The notes: generated by a model not told the origin, from the letters alone. Counted from the first letter of the stretch, positions 38,001 to 52,319 are shown. The stretch is 64,000 nt of DNA from Macrostomum lignano (GCA_002269645.1 NIVC01000746.1:390275-454274), one strand, 5' to 3'. Numbers and translations are program-made.

Positions 38001-41000
38001 AGCAGTACCCAGAGTTTATAGGGTAGCGGACCACAGCAGTACCCAGAGTTTATAGGGTAGCGGACCACAGCAGTACCCAGAGTTTATAGGGTAGCGGACC
38101 ACAGCAGTACCCAGAGTTTATAGGGTAGCGGACCACAGCAGTACCCAGAGTTTATAGGGTAGCGGACCACAGCAGTACCCAGAGTTTATAGGGTAGCGGA
38201 CCACAGCAGTACCCAGAGTTTATAGGGTAGCGGACCACAGCAGTACCCAGAGTTTATAGGGTAGCGGACCACAGCAGTACCCAGAGTTTATAGGGTAGCG
38301 GACCACAGCAGTACCCAGAGTTTATAGGGTAGCGGACCACAGCAGTACCCAGAGTTTATAGGGTAGCGGACCACAGCAGTACCCAGAGTTTATAGGGTAG
38401 CGGACCACAGCAGTACCCAGAGTTTATAGGGTAGCGGACCACAGCAGTACCCAGAGTTTATAGGGTAGCGGACCACAGCAGTACCCAGAGTTTATAGGGT
38501 AGCGGACCACAGCAGTACCCAGAGTTTATAGGGTAGCGGACCACAGCAGTACCCAGAGTTTATAGGGTAGCGGACCACAGCAGTACCCAGAGTTTATAGG
38601 GTAGCGGACCACAGCAGTACCCAGAGTTTATAGGGTAGCGGACCACAGCAGTACCCAGAGTTTATAGGGTAGCGGACCACAGCAGTACCCAGAGTTTATA
38701 GGGTAGCGGACCACAGCAGTACCCAGAGTTTATAGGGTAGCGGACCACAGCAGTACCCAGAGTTTATAGGGTAGCGGACCACAGCAGTACCCAGAGTTTA
38801 TAGGGTAGCGGACCACAGCAGTACCCAGAGTTTATAGGGTAGCGGACCACAGCAGTACCCAGAGTTTATAGGGTAGCGGACCACAGCAGTACCCAGAGTT
38901 TATAGGGTAGCGGACCACAGCAGTACCCAGAGTTTATAGGGTAGCGGACCACAGCAGTACCCAGAGTTTATAGGGTAGCGGACCACAGCAGTACCCAGAG
39001 TTTATAGGGTAGCGGACCACAGCAGTACCCAGAGTTTATAGGGTAGCGGACCACAGCAGTACCCAGAGTTTATAGGGTAGCGGACCACAGCAGTACCCAG
39101 AGTTTATAGGGTAGCGGACCACAGCAGTACCCAGAGTTTATAGGGTAGCGGACCACAGCAGTACCCAGAGTTTATAGGGTAGCGGACCACAGCAGTACCC
39201 AGAGTTTATAGGGTAGCGGACCACAGCAGTACCCAGAGTTTATAGGGTAGCGGACCACAGCAGTACCCAGAGTTTATAGGGTAGCGGACCACAGCAGTAC
39301 CCAGAGTTTATAGGGTAGCGGACCACAGCAGTACCCAGAGTTTATAGGGTAGCGGACCACAGCAGTACCCAGAGTTTATAGGGTAGCGGACCACAGCAGT
39401 ACCCAGAGTTTATAGGGTAGCGGACCACAGCAGTACCCAGAGTTTATAGGGTAGCGGACCACAGCAGTACCCAGAGTTTATAGGGTAGCGGACCACAGCA
39501 GTACCCAGAGTTTATAGGGTAGCGGACCACAGCAGTACCCAGAGTTTATAGGGTAGCGGACCACAGCAGTACCCAGAGTTTATAGGGTAGCGGACCACAG
39601 CAGTACCCAGAGTTTATAGGGTAGCGGACCACAGCAGTACCCAGAGTTTATAGGGTAGCGGACCACAGCAGTACCCAGAGTTTATAGGGTAGCGGACCAC
39701 AGCAGTACCCAGAGTTTATAGGGTAGCGGACCACAGCAGTACCCAGAGTTTATAGGGTAGCGGACCACAGCAGTACCCAGAGTTTATAGGGTAGCGGACC
39801 ACAGCAGTACCCAGAGTTTATAGGGTAGCGGACCACAGCAGTACCCAGAGTTTATAGGGTAGCGGACCACAGCAGTACCCAGAGTTTATAGGGTAGCGGA
39901 CCACAGCAGTACCCAGAGTTTATAGGGTAGCGGACCACAGCAGTACCCAGAGTTTATAGGGTAGCGGACCACAGCAGTACCCAGAGTTTATAGGGTAGCG
40001 GACCACAGCAGTACCCAGAGTTTATAGGGTAGCGGACCACAGCAGTACCCAGAGTTTATAGGGTAGCGGACCACAGCAGTACCCAGAGTTTATAGGGTAG
40101 CGGACCACAGCAGTACCCAGAGTTTATAGGGTAGCGGACCACAGCAGTACCCAGAGTTTATAGGGTAGCGGACCACAGCAGTACCCAGAGTTTATAGGGT
40201 AGCGGACCACAGCAGTACCCAGAGTTTATAGGGTAGCGGACCACAGCAGTACCCAGAGTTTATAGGGTAGCGGACCACAGCAGTACCCAGAGTTTATAGG
40301 GTAGCGGACCACAGCAGTACCCAGAGTTTATAGGGTAGCGGACCACAGCAGTACCCAGAGTTTATAGGGTAGCGGACCACAGCAGTACCCAGAGTTTATA
40401 GGGTAGCGGACCACAGCAGTACCCAGAGTTTATAGGGTAGCGGACCACAGCAGTACCCAGAGTTTATAGGGTAGCGGACCACAGCAGTACCCAGAGTTTA
40501 TAGGGTAGCGGACCACAGCAGTACCCAGAGTTTATAGGGTAGCGGACCACAGCAGTACCCAGAGTTTATAGGGTAGCGGACCACAGCAGTACCCAGAGTT
40601 TATAGGGTAGCGGACCACAGCAGTACCCAGAGTTTATAGGGTAGCGGACCACAGCAGTACCCAGAGTTTATAGGGTAGCGGACCACAGCAGTACCCAGAG
40701 TTTATAGGGTAGCGGACCACAGCAGTACCCAGAGTTTATAGGGTAGCGGACCACAGCAGTACCCAGAGTTTATAGGGTAGCGGACCACAGCAGTACCCAG
40801 AGTTTATAGGGTAGCGGACCACAGCAGTACCCAGAGTTTATAGGGTAGCGGACCACAGCAGTACCCAGAGTTTATAGGGTAGCGGACCACAGCAGTACCC
40901 AGAGTTTATAGGGTAGCGGACCACAGCAGTACCCAGAGTTTATAGGGTAGCGGACCACAGCAGTACCCAGAGTTTATAGGGTAGCGGACCACAGCAGTAC

Positions 41001-42600
41001 CCAGAGTTTATAGGGTAGCGGACCACAGCAGTACCCAGAGTTTATAGGGTAGCGGACCACAGCAGTACCCAGAGTTTATAGGGTAGCGGACCACAGCAGT
41101 ACCCAGAGTTTATAGGGTAGCGGACCACAGCAGTACCCAGAGTTTATAGGGTAGCGGACCACAGCAGTACCCAGAGTTTATAGGGTAGCGGACCACAGCA
41201 GTACCCAGAGTTTATAGGGTAGCGGACCACAGCAGTACCCAGAGTTTATAGGGTAGCGGACCACAGCAGTACCCAGAGTTTATAGGGTAGCGGACCACAG
41301 CAGTACCCAGAGTTTATAGGGTAGCGGACCACAGCAGTACCCAGAGTTTATAGGGTAGCGGACCACAGCAGTACCCAGAGTTTATAGGGTAGCGGACCAC
41401 AGCAGTACCCAGAGTTTATAGGGTAGCGGACCACAGCAGTACCCAGAGTTTATAGGGTAGCGGACCACAGCAGTACCCAGAGTTTATAGGGTAGCGGACC
41501 ACAGCAGTACCCAGAGTTTATAGGGTAGCGGACCACAGCAGTACCCAGAGTTTATAGGGTAGCGGACCACAGCAGTACCCAGAGTTTATAGGGTAGCGGA
41601 CCACAGCAGTACCCAGAGTACCCAGAGTTTATAGGGTAGCGGACCACAGCAGTACCCAGAGTTTATAGGGTAGCGGACCACAGCAGTACCCAGAGTTTAT
41701 AGGGTAGCGGACCACAGCAGTACCCAGAGTTTATAGGGTAGCGGACCACAGCAGTACCCAGAGTTTATAGGGTAGCGGACCACAGCAGTACCCAGAGTTT
41801 ATAGGGTAGCGGACCACAGCAGTACCCAGAGTTTATAGGGTAGCGGACCACAGCAGTACCCAGAGTTTATAGGGTAGCGGACCACAGAAGTACCCAGAGT
41901 TTATAGGGTAGCGGACCACAGAGTACCCAGAGTTTATAGGGTAGCGGACCACAGAAGTACCCAGAGTTTATAGGGTAGCGGACCACAGAAGTACCCAGAG
42001 TTTATAGGGTAGCGGACCACAGAAGTACCCAGAGTTTATAGGGTAGCGGACCACAGAAGTACCCAGAGTTTATAGGGTAGCGGACCACAGAAGTACCCAG
42101 AGTTTATAGGGTAGCGGACCACAGAAGTACCCAGAGTTTATAGGGTAGCGGACCACAGAAGTACCCAGAGTTTATAGGGTAGCGGACCACAGAAGTACCC
42201 AGAGTTTATAGGGTAGCGGACCACAGAAGTACCCAGAGTTTATAGGGTAGCGGACCACAGAAGTACCCAGAGTTTATAGGGTAGCGGACCACAGAAGTAC
42301 CCAGAGTTTATAGGGTAGCGGACCACAGAAGTACCCAGAGTTTATAGGGTAGCGGACCACAGAAGTACCCAGAGTTTATAGGGTAGCGGACCACAGAAGT
42401 ACCCAGAGTTTATAGGGTAGCGGACCACAGAAGTACCCAGAGTTTATAGGGTAGCGGACCACAGAAGTACCCAGAGTTTATAGGGTAGCGGACCACAGAA
42501 GTACCCAGAGTTTATAGGGTAGTGGACCACAGCAGTACCCAGAGTTTATAGGGTAGTGGACCACAGAAGTACCCAGAGTTTATAGTAACCACAGAAGTAC
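35037..42600. repeat. 34-bp satellite GACCACAGCAGTACCCAGAGTTTATAGGGTAGCG, about 222 copies
   Basis: 7.5 kb nearly invariant array. A C>A variant occupies the last ~20 copies. Confidence 0.98.
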
Positions 42601-43129
42601 AAGTTTATTAAACAGCAAAAGTTAAAAAACCCATTAAAAAACAAATAATGCCAAAAAAGTGAGGCCTGAGCAGTCCTGTTATTCACCTACCGGTAAACAA
42701 AAGTCAAACTGAAACACAGAAAAGTTCAAACCGGAAGCAAATACTTTAAGTGACTGCTCAGTCTTTCCTCTTGGGATCTCTAAACTCAATTGCTGTGGGA
42801 TTCAAGAAATTTAATAGTCGGCCAATAAGGATGTAACTAAATAGGTTTGTGCTCCAAGCACCGAACACCACAGAAGTGAAGGCAGAAGATGCAGTTAATA
42901 CTATAGTTTACTTATATAACTAATGCGAGATATATGATAAGTAATACGATAGCGAATTTGGAGCATTGTAGAACATACACTCGTAGCATACCAGTACTTT
43001 GCACGTGACTTTATAATTTTTCAATATACTTGTAGTTGAGGCTTGGCTTGCAAATATTGCAACCATATGACACATTGACATGCTATAGAGATAGGGGAGG
43101 AGGAGCCGGGGCAAAGGGAGCGGGATGTG

Positions 43130-43130
43130 A

Positions 43131-43180
<50 letters not shown>

Positions 43181-43410
43181 GAGATGTCGCAGCGTATTTT
43201 GAGTTTTAAAATTGGCGGTTTCAAGTTTTTGGGCTCTTCATCAAACGAAGGAGACCGAGGTCGAAAGATATCGGCAGAGTGAGAAGGAGAGGGAGAGGGA
43301 GAGAAAGAGGGAGAGGGAGAAGGAGAGGGAGAGGGAGAAGGAAAGGGAGAGAGAGATGGAGGAGGAGAAGAGAGGGAGAGTTAGGAGAGGGAGAAGGAGA
43401 GGGAGAGAGA
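43130..43410. repeat. (GA)n and GAGAGG polypurine tracts
   Basis: Read directly from the sequence. Confidence 0.9.
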
Positions 43411-44011
43411 GGGGGAGAGAGAACCCAAAAGAAAGATTCTGGCAGGGGTTAAAGCAGAGAGGCGGGCATGTGAAAGCAGGAATAGGCAGAGAATTGGCAG
43501 AAATCTAGGAGAAAGTCTGCACAGCAGAGCAGCAGCAGCAACAGAAGAAGACGCGCACACAGAGCGATATCAAGCAAAAGAGAGGACCTCAGCACGCCTG
43601 CCATGTGTCGGGACCGCTCCAGTGTGCCAGTCTATTTACAATGCAGGATTTTTTTCTTGTAGCGGAGAATACATTTCATGGAATTCAGTGAGACTCAGCC
43701 CTGCACATATCAGTCAAAAATACACAAGCCGGAGAGAGAGAGTCGGACTGCAGAAAGTTAACAAAGAATGCTTTGAATAAAACAATACTTGCCGTTGAAA
43801 GCTGGAAGCGGAGTTCAAATGAATTGAAAGCATTCTAAAAATAGGACAGAGTGGAGAGTCTTTAAAGAACGGTACGGTGGATACTTTTAGTGAAAGACTA
43901 TTGCTGAAATGCTGATGAAGTAGATTACTACTGTAGTGAAGAGCTGCACCAATGAACTATTCATAATATAGCTCTTAGGTCATAACAGAAATTCAAACGA
44001 ATACATGTAGT

Positions 44012-44420
44012 AATAGAATGGATTGCTAATCTAGCCCACAAGGATGCAGGAATAGAATGGATTGCTAATCTAGCCCACAAGGATGCAGGAATAGAATGGA
44101 TTGCTAATCTAGCCCATCAAGGATGCAGGAATAGAATGGATTGCTAATCTAGCCCACAAGGATGCAGGAATAGAATGGATTGCTAATCTAGCCCATCAAG
44201 GATGCAGGAATATAATGGATTGCTAATCTAGCCCATCAAGGATGCAGGAATATAATGGATTGCTAATCTAGCCCATATGCGGATGCAGGAAAAAATGGAT
44301 TGCTAATCTAGCCCACAAGGATGCAGGAATAGAATGGATTGCTAATCTAGCCCACAAGGATGCAGGAAAAGAATGGACTGCTAATCTAGCCCACAAGGAT
44401 GCAGGAATAGAATGGATTGG
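44012..44420. repeat. 39/40-bp minisatellite AATAGAATGGATTGCTAATCTAGCCCACAAGGATGCAGG, about 10 copies
   Basis: Direct tandem repetition. Confidence 0.95.
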
Positions 44421-45048
44421 TACGGAATGACTCCCTGCAGTACCATGGCAAAAATAGAAAAATATCGAGTTCCCCGCCTACAAAAGCAGTTTGTTTGCGC
44501 CGTGAACCGCAATGCCCTCACAGATATCCCTCGGATTTATCGGCATGGAGAGGAACAGAAGAAAAAGCAAAATTTTATCGAAAGCGCTTCTGACAGGCGA
44601 TTTGACACCTGCATTCCAGCGCATCGATTTGCATGGAGATTATCGCCCCTCCCCCCTCCAGCCAGGTTTTTATCGCCAGGCAAAAAGTGCTGATAAAGGC
44701 GGAGATTTGTTGATAAAAAATGTTTTGTTGATTTGCACCCGTTTTTGATTGCCAGCCGAAGACAGACGGAGAATGGCGTTCTGATCTTTTTTCACGCTTT
44801 CCTCGATTTTCGCAGAACAGAAACTGGTTTGTGGAGATCTGAGAACGATAAAGGAAATGCGGAGACTTGGATAGAGACAGAGATCAGATAGAGGAATTCA
44901 CCAGATTTGAGTAGCAACAAAATTAGTTTGGGAATTTTTTGTTTCTGAGTGAAGCTTCAGCTGAGGCAACTGGCGACTAAACTGACCAGCAAAGCGGCCT
45001 GAAGAGTAGCGACATGAAAATACTTCAGACACGGAGACATTTATACTT

Positions 45049-45862
45049 AAAGACACTTAAGACATGAAGACACAAGACATGAAGACACTTAAGGCATGAA
45101 GACACAAGACATGAAGACACTTAAGACATGAAGACACTTAAGACATGAAGACACAAGACATGAAGACACTCATACATAAAACACTTATAAATGAAGACAC
45201 TAATACATGAGGACACTAAGACACCAGGGCACTAAGACACCAGGACACTAATACACCAGGACACTAATACACCAGGACACTAAGACACCAGGACACTAAG
45301 ACACCAGGACACTAAGACACCAGGACATTAAGACACCAGGACACTAATACACCAGGACACTAAGACACCAGGACACTAATACACCAGGACACTAATACAC
45401 CAGGACACTAAGACACCAGGACACTAATACACCAGGACACTAAGACACCAGGACACTAATACACCAGGACACTAATACACCAGGACACTAATACACCAGG
45501 ACACTAAGACACCAGGGCACTAATACACCAGGGCACTAAGACACTAGGACACTAATACACCAGGACACTAAGACACCAGGACATTAAGACACTAGGACAC
45601 TAAGACACCAGGACACTAAGACACCAAGACACTAAGACACAAGGACACTAAGACACCAGGACACTAAGACACTAGGACACTAATACACCAGGACACTAAG
45701 ACACCAGGACACTAATACACCAGGACACTAAGACACCAGGACACTAATACACCAGGACACTAAGACACCAGGACACTAATACACCAGGACACTAAGACAC
45801 CAGGACACTAAGACACCAGGACACTAAGACACCAGGACACTAATACACCAGGACACTAAGAC
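45049..45862. repeat. 15-bp minisatellite GGACACTAAGACACCA, preceded by related 15-17-bp GACACTTAAGACATGAA units
   Basis: Tandem units with a gradual change of unit type. Confidence 0.95.
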
Positions 45863-46409
45863 AGACACACATCGCTCTTTCCCATCCAGGTCCCGAACCA
45901 GCACACGAAACGAATCACCAACTGGGCCAGCCAAAATTGATTGTCAATCCGGAGCCCACTCTCCAGGCCAAATGTTCTGTTACCAAGGCTAGGAGGCAGC
46001 AGCAGCAAGAGACGGAGAAACACGCGAACGGAAGGAAGGAAGGAATGGGAGAGAGATAAGCAGGTGCAAGCCGAACCCGTGCATCCTGAGACTCGATCGA
46101 GCCAAAGGCAAGCCTGTCCTCTAGGAGAAAGAGGCAGCAGGAGCTATTTATCCATTCTTCCGTGCCATTGCGCACAGTGGGGAGGCCGCCAGAGGGCCAG
46201 ATGCAGCTCGGGCGGGGGCTTTGGGGGAAGAAAATTGGGGCCGCTGGGAGTCAATAAAAGAGAAATGCGATTTATGTGGGAACAGCAGGTGGAAGTGATT
46301 GAGAAATTCAAGGCAGGAAGAGACACTTGCGTGGCCAGGGATGGTTGAAGACGGACATCTGGGGCAGAGCTGGGCTACGGGTAACTTGCAGTCCTCTTTC
46401 GTTCCGTCT

Positions 46410-47790
46410 GTGTCTCTCATCTCCCGTATCTAATCTCTATCCTGCTCTGTGTCTCACATCTCCCGTATCTAATCTCTATCCTGCTATGTGTCTCTCACCT
46501 CCCGTATCTAATCTCTATCCTGCTGTCTCTCACATCTCCACTATCTAATCTCTATCCTGCTCTGTGTCTCTCATCTCCCGTATCTAATCTCTATCCTGCT
46601 CTGTGTCTCACATCTCCCGTATCTAATCTCTATCCTGCTCTGTGTCTCTCATCTCCCGTATCTAATCTCTATCCTGCTATGTGTCTCTCATCTCCCGTAT
46701 CTAATCTCTATCCTGTTATGTGTCTCTCACATCTCCCCTATCTAATCTCTATCCTGCTCTGTGTCTCATCTCCCGTATCTAATCTCTATCCTGCTGTCCC
46801 TCACATCTCCCTATCTAATCTCTATCCTGCTCTGTGTCTCTCATCTCCCGTATCTAATCTCTATCCTGCTCTGTCTCTCACATCTCCCTATCTAATCTCT
46901 ATCCTGCTCTGTGTCTCTCATCTCCCGTATCTAATCTCTATCCTGCTCTGTCTCTCACATCTCCACTATCTAATCTCTATCCTGCTCTGTGTCTCATCTC
47001 CCGTATCTAATCTCTATCCTGCTGTCTCTCACATCTCCCTATCTAATCTCTATCCTGCTCTGTGTCTCTCATCTCCCGTATCTAATCTCTATCCTGCTCT
47101 GTCTCTCACATCTCCACTATCTAATCTCTATCCTGCTCTGTGTCTCATCTCCCGTATCTAATCTCTATCCTGCTGTCTCTCACATCTCCCTATCTAATCT
47201 CTATCCTGCTCTGTGTCTCTCATCTCCGCTATCTAATCTCTATCCTGCTCTGTGTCTCTCATCTCCGCTATCTAGTCTCTATCCTGCTGTCTCTCATCTC
47301 CGCTATCTAATCTCTATCCTGCTCTGTGTCTCTCATCTCCGCTATCTAATCTCTATCCTGCTGTCTCTCATCTCCGCTATCTAATCTCTATCCTGCTGTC
47401 TCTCATCTAATCTCTATCCTGCTGTCTCTCATCTCCGCTATCTAATCTCTATCCTGCTCTGTGTCTCTCATCTCCGCTATCTAATCTCTATCCTGCTGTC
47501 TCTCATCTCCGCTATCTAATCTCTATCCTGCTGTCTCTCACATCTCCACTATCTAATCTCTATCCTGCTGTCTCTCATCTCCGCTATCTAATCTCTATCC
47601 TGCTCTGTGTCTCTCATCTCCGCTATCTAATCTCTATCCTGCTGTCTCTCACATCTCCACTATCTAATCTCTATCCTGCTGTCTCTCACATCTCCACTAT
47701 CTAATCTCTATCCTGCTGTCTCTCACATCTCCACTATCTAATCTCTATCCTGATGTCTCTCATCTCCGCTATCTAATCTCTATCTTTCTC
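46410..47790. repeat. 35-39-bp pyrimidine-rich minisatellite TCTCATCTCCCGTATCTAATCTCTATCCTGCTCTGTGTC
   Basis: Direct tandem repetition. Confidence 0.95.
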
Positions 47791-48242
47791 TGTCTCTACT
47801 ACACTTTTTTTATAATTTTCCTACCAACCAATCTCAGGGCTCTGAACTCTCATCTCTGCCCAGTTTTTCTGATAAGAGTTGTGCAAATATGGCAAGGTAT
47901 TTTACTCCTAATTAGCATAAAAGTCTCTATGTAATGATATGTATAGCCGGTTCATATAAACCAAATAGCCTTCTATTTGATGGATGTATGCTGGAAAGTG
48001 ATAGAAGGATATTTTTGGTAATTTCGTCAACTAGGCAAATAAGATCTGGTGAGCAAATACGGGAACGAGCTTATAATCTCCATTCGAATGCAACGCTTCC
48101 TTGCTGACAGCTAGTTATAGTCCTGTTTGCCCGGCAACTCCGCAGCACTACATGCATAGTCAATATTTCAGTTAATGGACGCTGGCACGCTGAGCGAGTG
48201 TCAACAATAGTGGATAGCGCTAATTGCCCTTATACTGCATAT

Positions 48243-49352
48243 CGATACTAATATTGGCGCCGATGATACCAATGTTGGCGCCGTTGATACTAACATTAGT
48301 GCCGTTGATACTAATATTGGCGCCGTCGATACCAATATCGGCGCCGCTGATACTGATATTAGCGCCGTTGATACCAATATTAGCGCCATTGATACCAATA
48401 TTAGCGCAGTTGATACCAATATTAGCGCCATTGATACCAATATTAGCGCCGTTAATATCAATACTAGCGCCGTTGATACCAATATTAGCGCCGTTGATAC
48501 CAATACTAGCGCCGTTGGTACCAATATTAGCGCCGTTGGTACCAATATTAGCGCCGTTGATACTAATATTGGCGCCGTTGGTACCAATATTGGCGCCGTT
48601 GATACCAATATTGGCGCCATTGATACCAATATCGGCGCCGCTGATACTGATATTAGCGCCGTTGATACCAATATTAGCGCCATTGATACCAATATTAGCG
48701 CAGTTGATACCAATATTAGCGCCATTGATACCAATATTAGCGCCGTTAATATCAATACTAGCGCCGTTGATACCAATATTGGCGCCATTGATACCAATAT
48801 CGGCGCCGCTGATACTGATATTAGCGCCGTTGATACCAATATTAGCGCCATTGATACCAATATTAGCGCAGTTGATACCAATATTAGCGCCATTGATACC
48901 AATATTAGCGCCGTTAATATCAATACTAGCGCCGTTGATACCAATATTAGCGCCGTTGATACCAATACTAGCGCCGTTGATACTAATATTAGCGCCGTTG
49001 ATACCAATATTGGCGCCGTTGATACCAATATTAGCGCCGTTGATACCAATACTAGCGCCGTTGATACCAATATTAGCGCCGTTGATACCAATACTAGCGC
49101 CGTTGATACCAATACTAGCGCCGTTGATACCAATATTAGCGCCGTTGATACCAATACTAGCGCCGTTGATACCAATACTAGCGCCGTTGATACCAATATT
49201 AGCGCCGTTGATACCAATATTAGCGCCGTTGATACCAATACTAGCGCCGTTGATACCAATATTAGCGCCGTTGATACCAATATTGGCGCCGTTGATACTA
49301 ATATTGGCGCCGTTGATATTAGCGCCGTTGATACCAATATTGGCGCCGTTGA
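48243..49352. repeat. 21-bp minisatellite GCGCCGTTGATACCAATATTA, about 52 copies
   Basis: Direct tandem repetition. Confidence 0.95.
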
Positions 49353-49784
49353 TAACCCATCTCGGTGCAAGGGCCAGCAGCTCAAAGACCAAATCAGCTA
49401 TTCCCAGCTATTCACAACTTTCCCATTTACAGTCTAAATAATGCAACCAAGGACGCATAAAGGGGAGAAGAGCAACGTGGCTCAACAAAAACTCCCGAGG
49501 TCGCAGCGGCCCAGTCTCCACCCCGCCCCCCACCCAGTCGTGGGTTACTGCTCAGCCCAGGCCTCAGCCCCTTGGCCGCTGTCAGCAGCAGCCGGCAGGA
49601 CGCACGACAAAAGCAATTTCACTAATTAATTCACGGCCGAGGCGTCTCAACCACCGCCCCAGTCGGGGACTGTTTTCTTTAATAAATAAAAACACGGATC
49701 TGCGGCACTTCCTGCTAAAAAATATGACAGATTTGTTACCGGCTTAACACTGCGGCGCCGCCATGGAGTTTTAGACTTAAGTCA

Positions 49785-51216
49785 CCTGGATTGGAAACTA
49801 GTATTCAAGCCATGGACTTCTGTGTCAGGCGTCTGTGGATTGGAAACTAACATTCAAACCATGGACTTTTTTAAGTCATTTGTGAATCGGAAACTACCCT
49901 ACTGAAGCCATGGAATTTAAAAAAATCAGGCATTTGGATCGGAAACTAGTATTCAAGCCATGGACTTTTAAGTCTACTGTGAATTGGAAACTACACTACT
50001 CAAGCCATGGACTTTTAAAGTCAGGCATCCGGATTGGAAACTAGTATTCATGCCATGGACTTCTGTGTCAGGAATCTGCGGATTGGAAACTACTATTAAG
50101 CCATAGACTTTTAAGTATCAGGCATTTGGATTGGAGACTACTATTCAAACCATGGACTTTAAGAGCATCTGGATTGGAAACTACTATCAAGCCATAGACT
50201 TTTAAGTATCAGGCATTTGGATTTTAGACTACTATTCAAACCATGGACTTTTAGAGCATCTGGATTGGAAACTACTATCAAGCCATAGAATTTTAAGTGC
50301 CAGGCATTTGGATTGAAGACTACTATTCAAACCATGGACTTTAAGAGCATCTGGATTGGAAACTACTATCAAGCCATAGACTTTTAAGTATCAGGCATTT
50401 GGATTTTAGACTACTATTCAAACCATGGACTTTTAGAGCATCTGGATTGGAAACTACTATCAAGCCATAGAATTTTAAGTGCCAGGCATTTGGATTGAAG
50501 ACTACTATTCAAACCATGGACTTTAAGAGCATCTGGATTGGAAACTACTATCAAGCCATAGACTTTTAAGTATCAGGCATTTGGATTTTAGACTACTATT
50601 CAAACCATGGACTTTTAGAGCATCTGGATTGGAAACTACTATCAAGCCATAGAATTTTAAGTGCCAGGCATTTGGATTGAAGACTACTATTCAAACCATG
50701 GACTTTAAGAGCATCTGGATTGGAAACTACTATCAAGCCATAGACTTTTAAGTATCAGGCATTTGGATTTTAGACTACTATTCAAACCATGGACTTTTAG
50801 AGCATCTGGATTGGAAACTACTATCAAGCCATAGAATTTTAAGTGCCAGGCATTTGGATTGAAGACTACTATTCAAACCATGGACTTTAAGAGCATCTGG
50901 ATTGGAAACTACTATCAAGCCATAGACTTTTAAGTATCAGGCATTTGGATTTTAGACTACTATTAAAACCATGGACTTTTAGAGCATCTGGATTGGAAAC
51001 TACTATCAAGCCATAGAATTTTAAGTGCCAGGCATTTGGATTGGAGACTACTATTCAAACCATGGACTTTAAGAGCATCTGGATTGGAAACTACTATCAA
51101 GCCATAGACTTATAAGTATCAGGCATTTGGATTTTAGACTACTATTAAAACCATGAACTTTTAGAGCATCTGGATTGGAAACTACTATCAAGCCATAGAA
51201 TTTTAAGTGCCAGGCA
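49785..51216. repeat. ~45-bp monomers organised into a 182-bp higher-order repeat
   Basis: GGATTGGAAACTACTATCAAGCCATAGACT recurs at 50171, 50353, 50535, 50717, 50899 and 51081. Diverged monomers lie to the left. Confidence 0.93.
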
Positions 51217-52319
51217 TCATCTGCATTGCAAACTGCCATCAAAAGCAAAATTCAGGTGTTCTTGAGTTTAAAAAAGTTAATATAAATTTGCGCGAAAAAA
51301 AGTTAGTCAGACGACGAGAGGGCATGCCGAACTGCAATTTTTGAAGAGCGAGGAAGACAAGCAGCTGAGAGACTGCGGGAAGGACTGGATTAGAGGACTT
51401 AGCGGCCGGGGTCCTGAGGGGACCAGCCCCTTCTCATATTGGAAAGTCCACGCGGTCCACGGGGCGCCCAGAAGCAGGCAAGCGAGCACTAGGCAAGCTC
51501 TAGACCCTGACTAACCAGGAGGCATTAGCTGAGCCTCGATGAGAGCATAATTATCTAAAGCCCCGGGGTTGAGCGCGCAGATTAGCTGGATAAAAATACG
51601 CCAGCGCTGCGGCTTCGGGCAGGGGAAAAGTGGAGCAAGAAAGTCTCGCTGTTGTTTTTCGTCATCTTTTACAATTCCCTTAAAGAAAAGAAAGGGAGCT
51701 AGAAAATAGATTATTACTGAGCACAAATTAAAGAGAGATGCCCGAGGCCCGACCGGAAGGGATCAGCAGCTTTGAGCAGGAGAAAGATTCTAATTAGTGT
51801 TTAATTAACAATAGCAAACATATCAGAGGGCCCAGGCCTTAGGAAAGCGCCTAATTACAAACTCGGGAAGCCTGCGAAAGCTTAATGCTGGGTTTCCTTC
51901 TAATTAGGACGATCTTACTTTTACTTTCAGTAGCAATCTTTTCCTTTTGATTTATCGATTAGATCTTTGGACATGTCGATGTTCATTCAGATTGAATGGG
52001 TACGTGGGATTTCCCTTGGATACGCGGGAATTCCCTTGGATATGTTGGGATTTCCCTTGGATACGCGGGAGCTCCCTTTTTAATATAGGTTTTTCCCTTA
52101 TAGATATATAAACATTACTGTATAAATATTTGAACAAAGACAGTTAAAGGAAGTTATCTCACCTTAGATACAAACAGATCGTTTTCCAATATACGAGTAT
52201 CTTCATGTGCTCTTTTTAGCGAATGCAATTCAAATAGTATTAATGATATCAACAAGTTATCGCTACTATCAGTAGCCAGATCGAAGCATGCAAAATAGGA
52301 AACGGACAAAATAACTCAC

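Noticed and set aside
35037-42600. CRISPR or telomeric array
   Set aside because: Head-to-tail 34-bp units without spacers. TTTATAGGG is only superficially like TTAGGG.
48201-49441. GINGANI / LILVSTA heptad-repeat ORFs resembling a beta-solenoid protein
   Set aside because: They coincide with a 21-bp minisatellite, several frames are open, the GINGANI frame starts at TTG, and there is no unique coding flank.
51307-51726. Short minus-strand ORFs just downstream of the last GluN1-like exon as candidate next exons
   Set aside because: No similarity to GluN1 S2 (FIWD) or M4.
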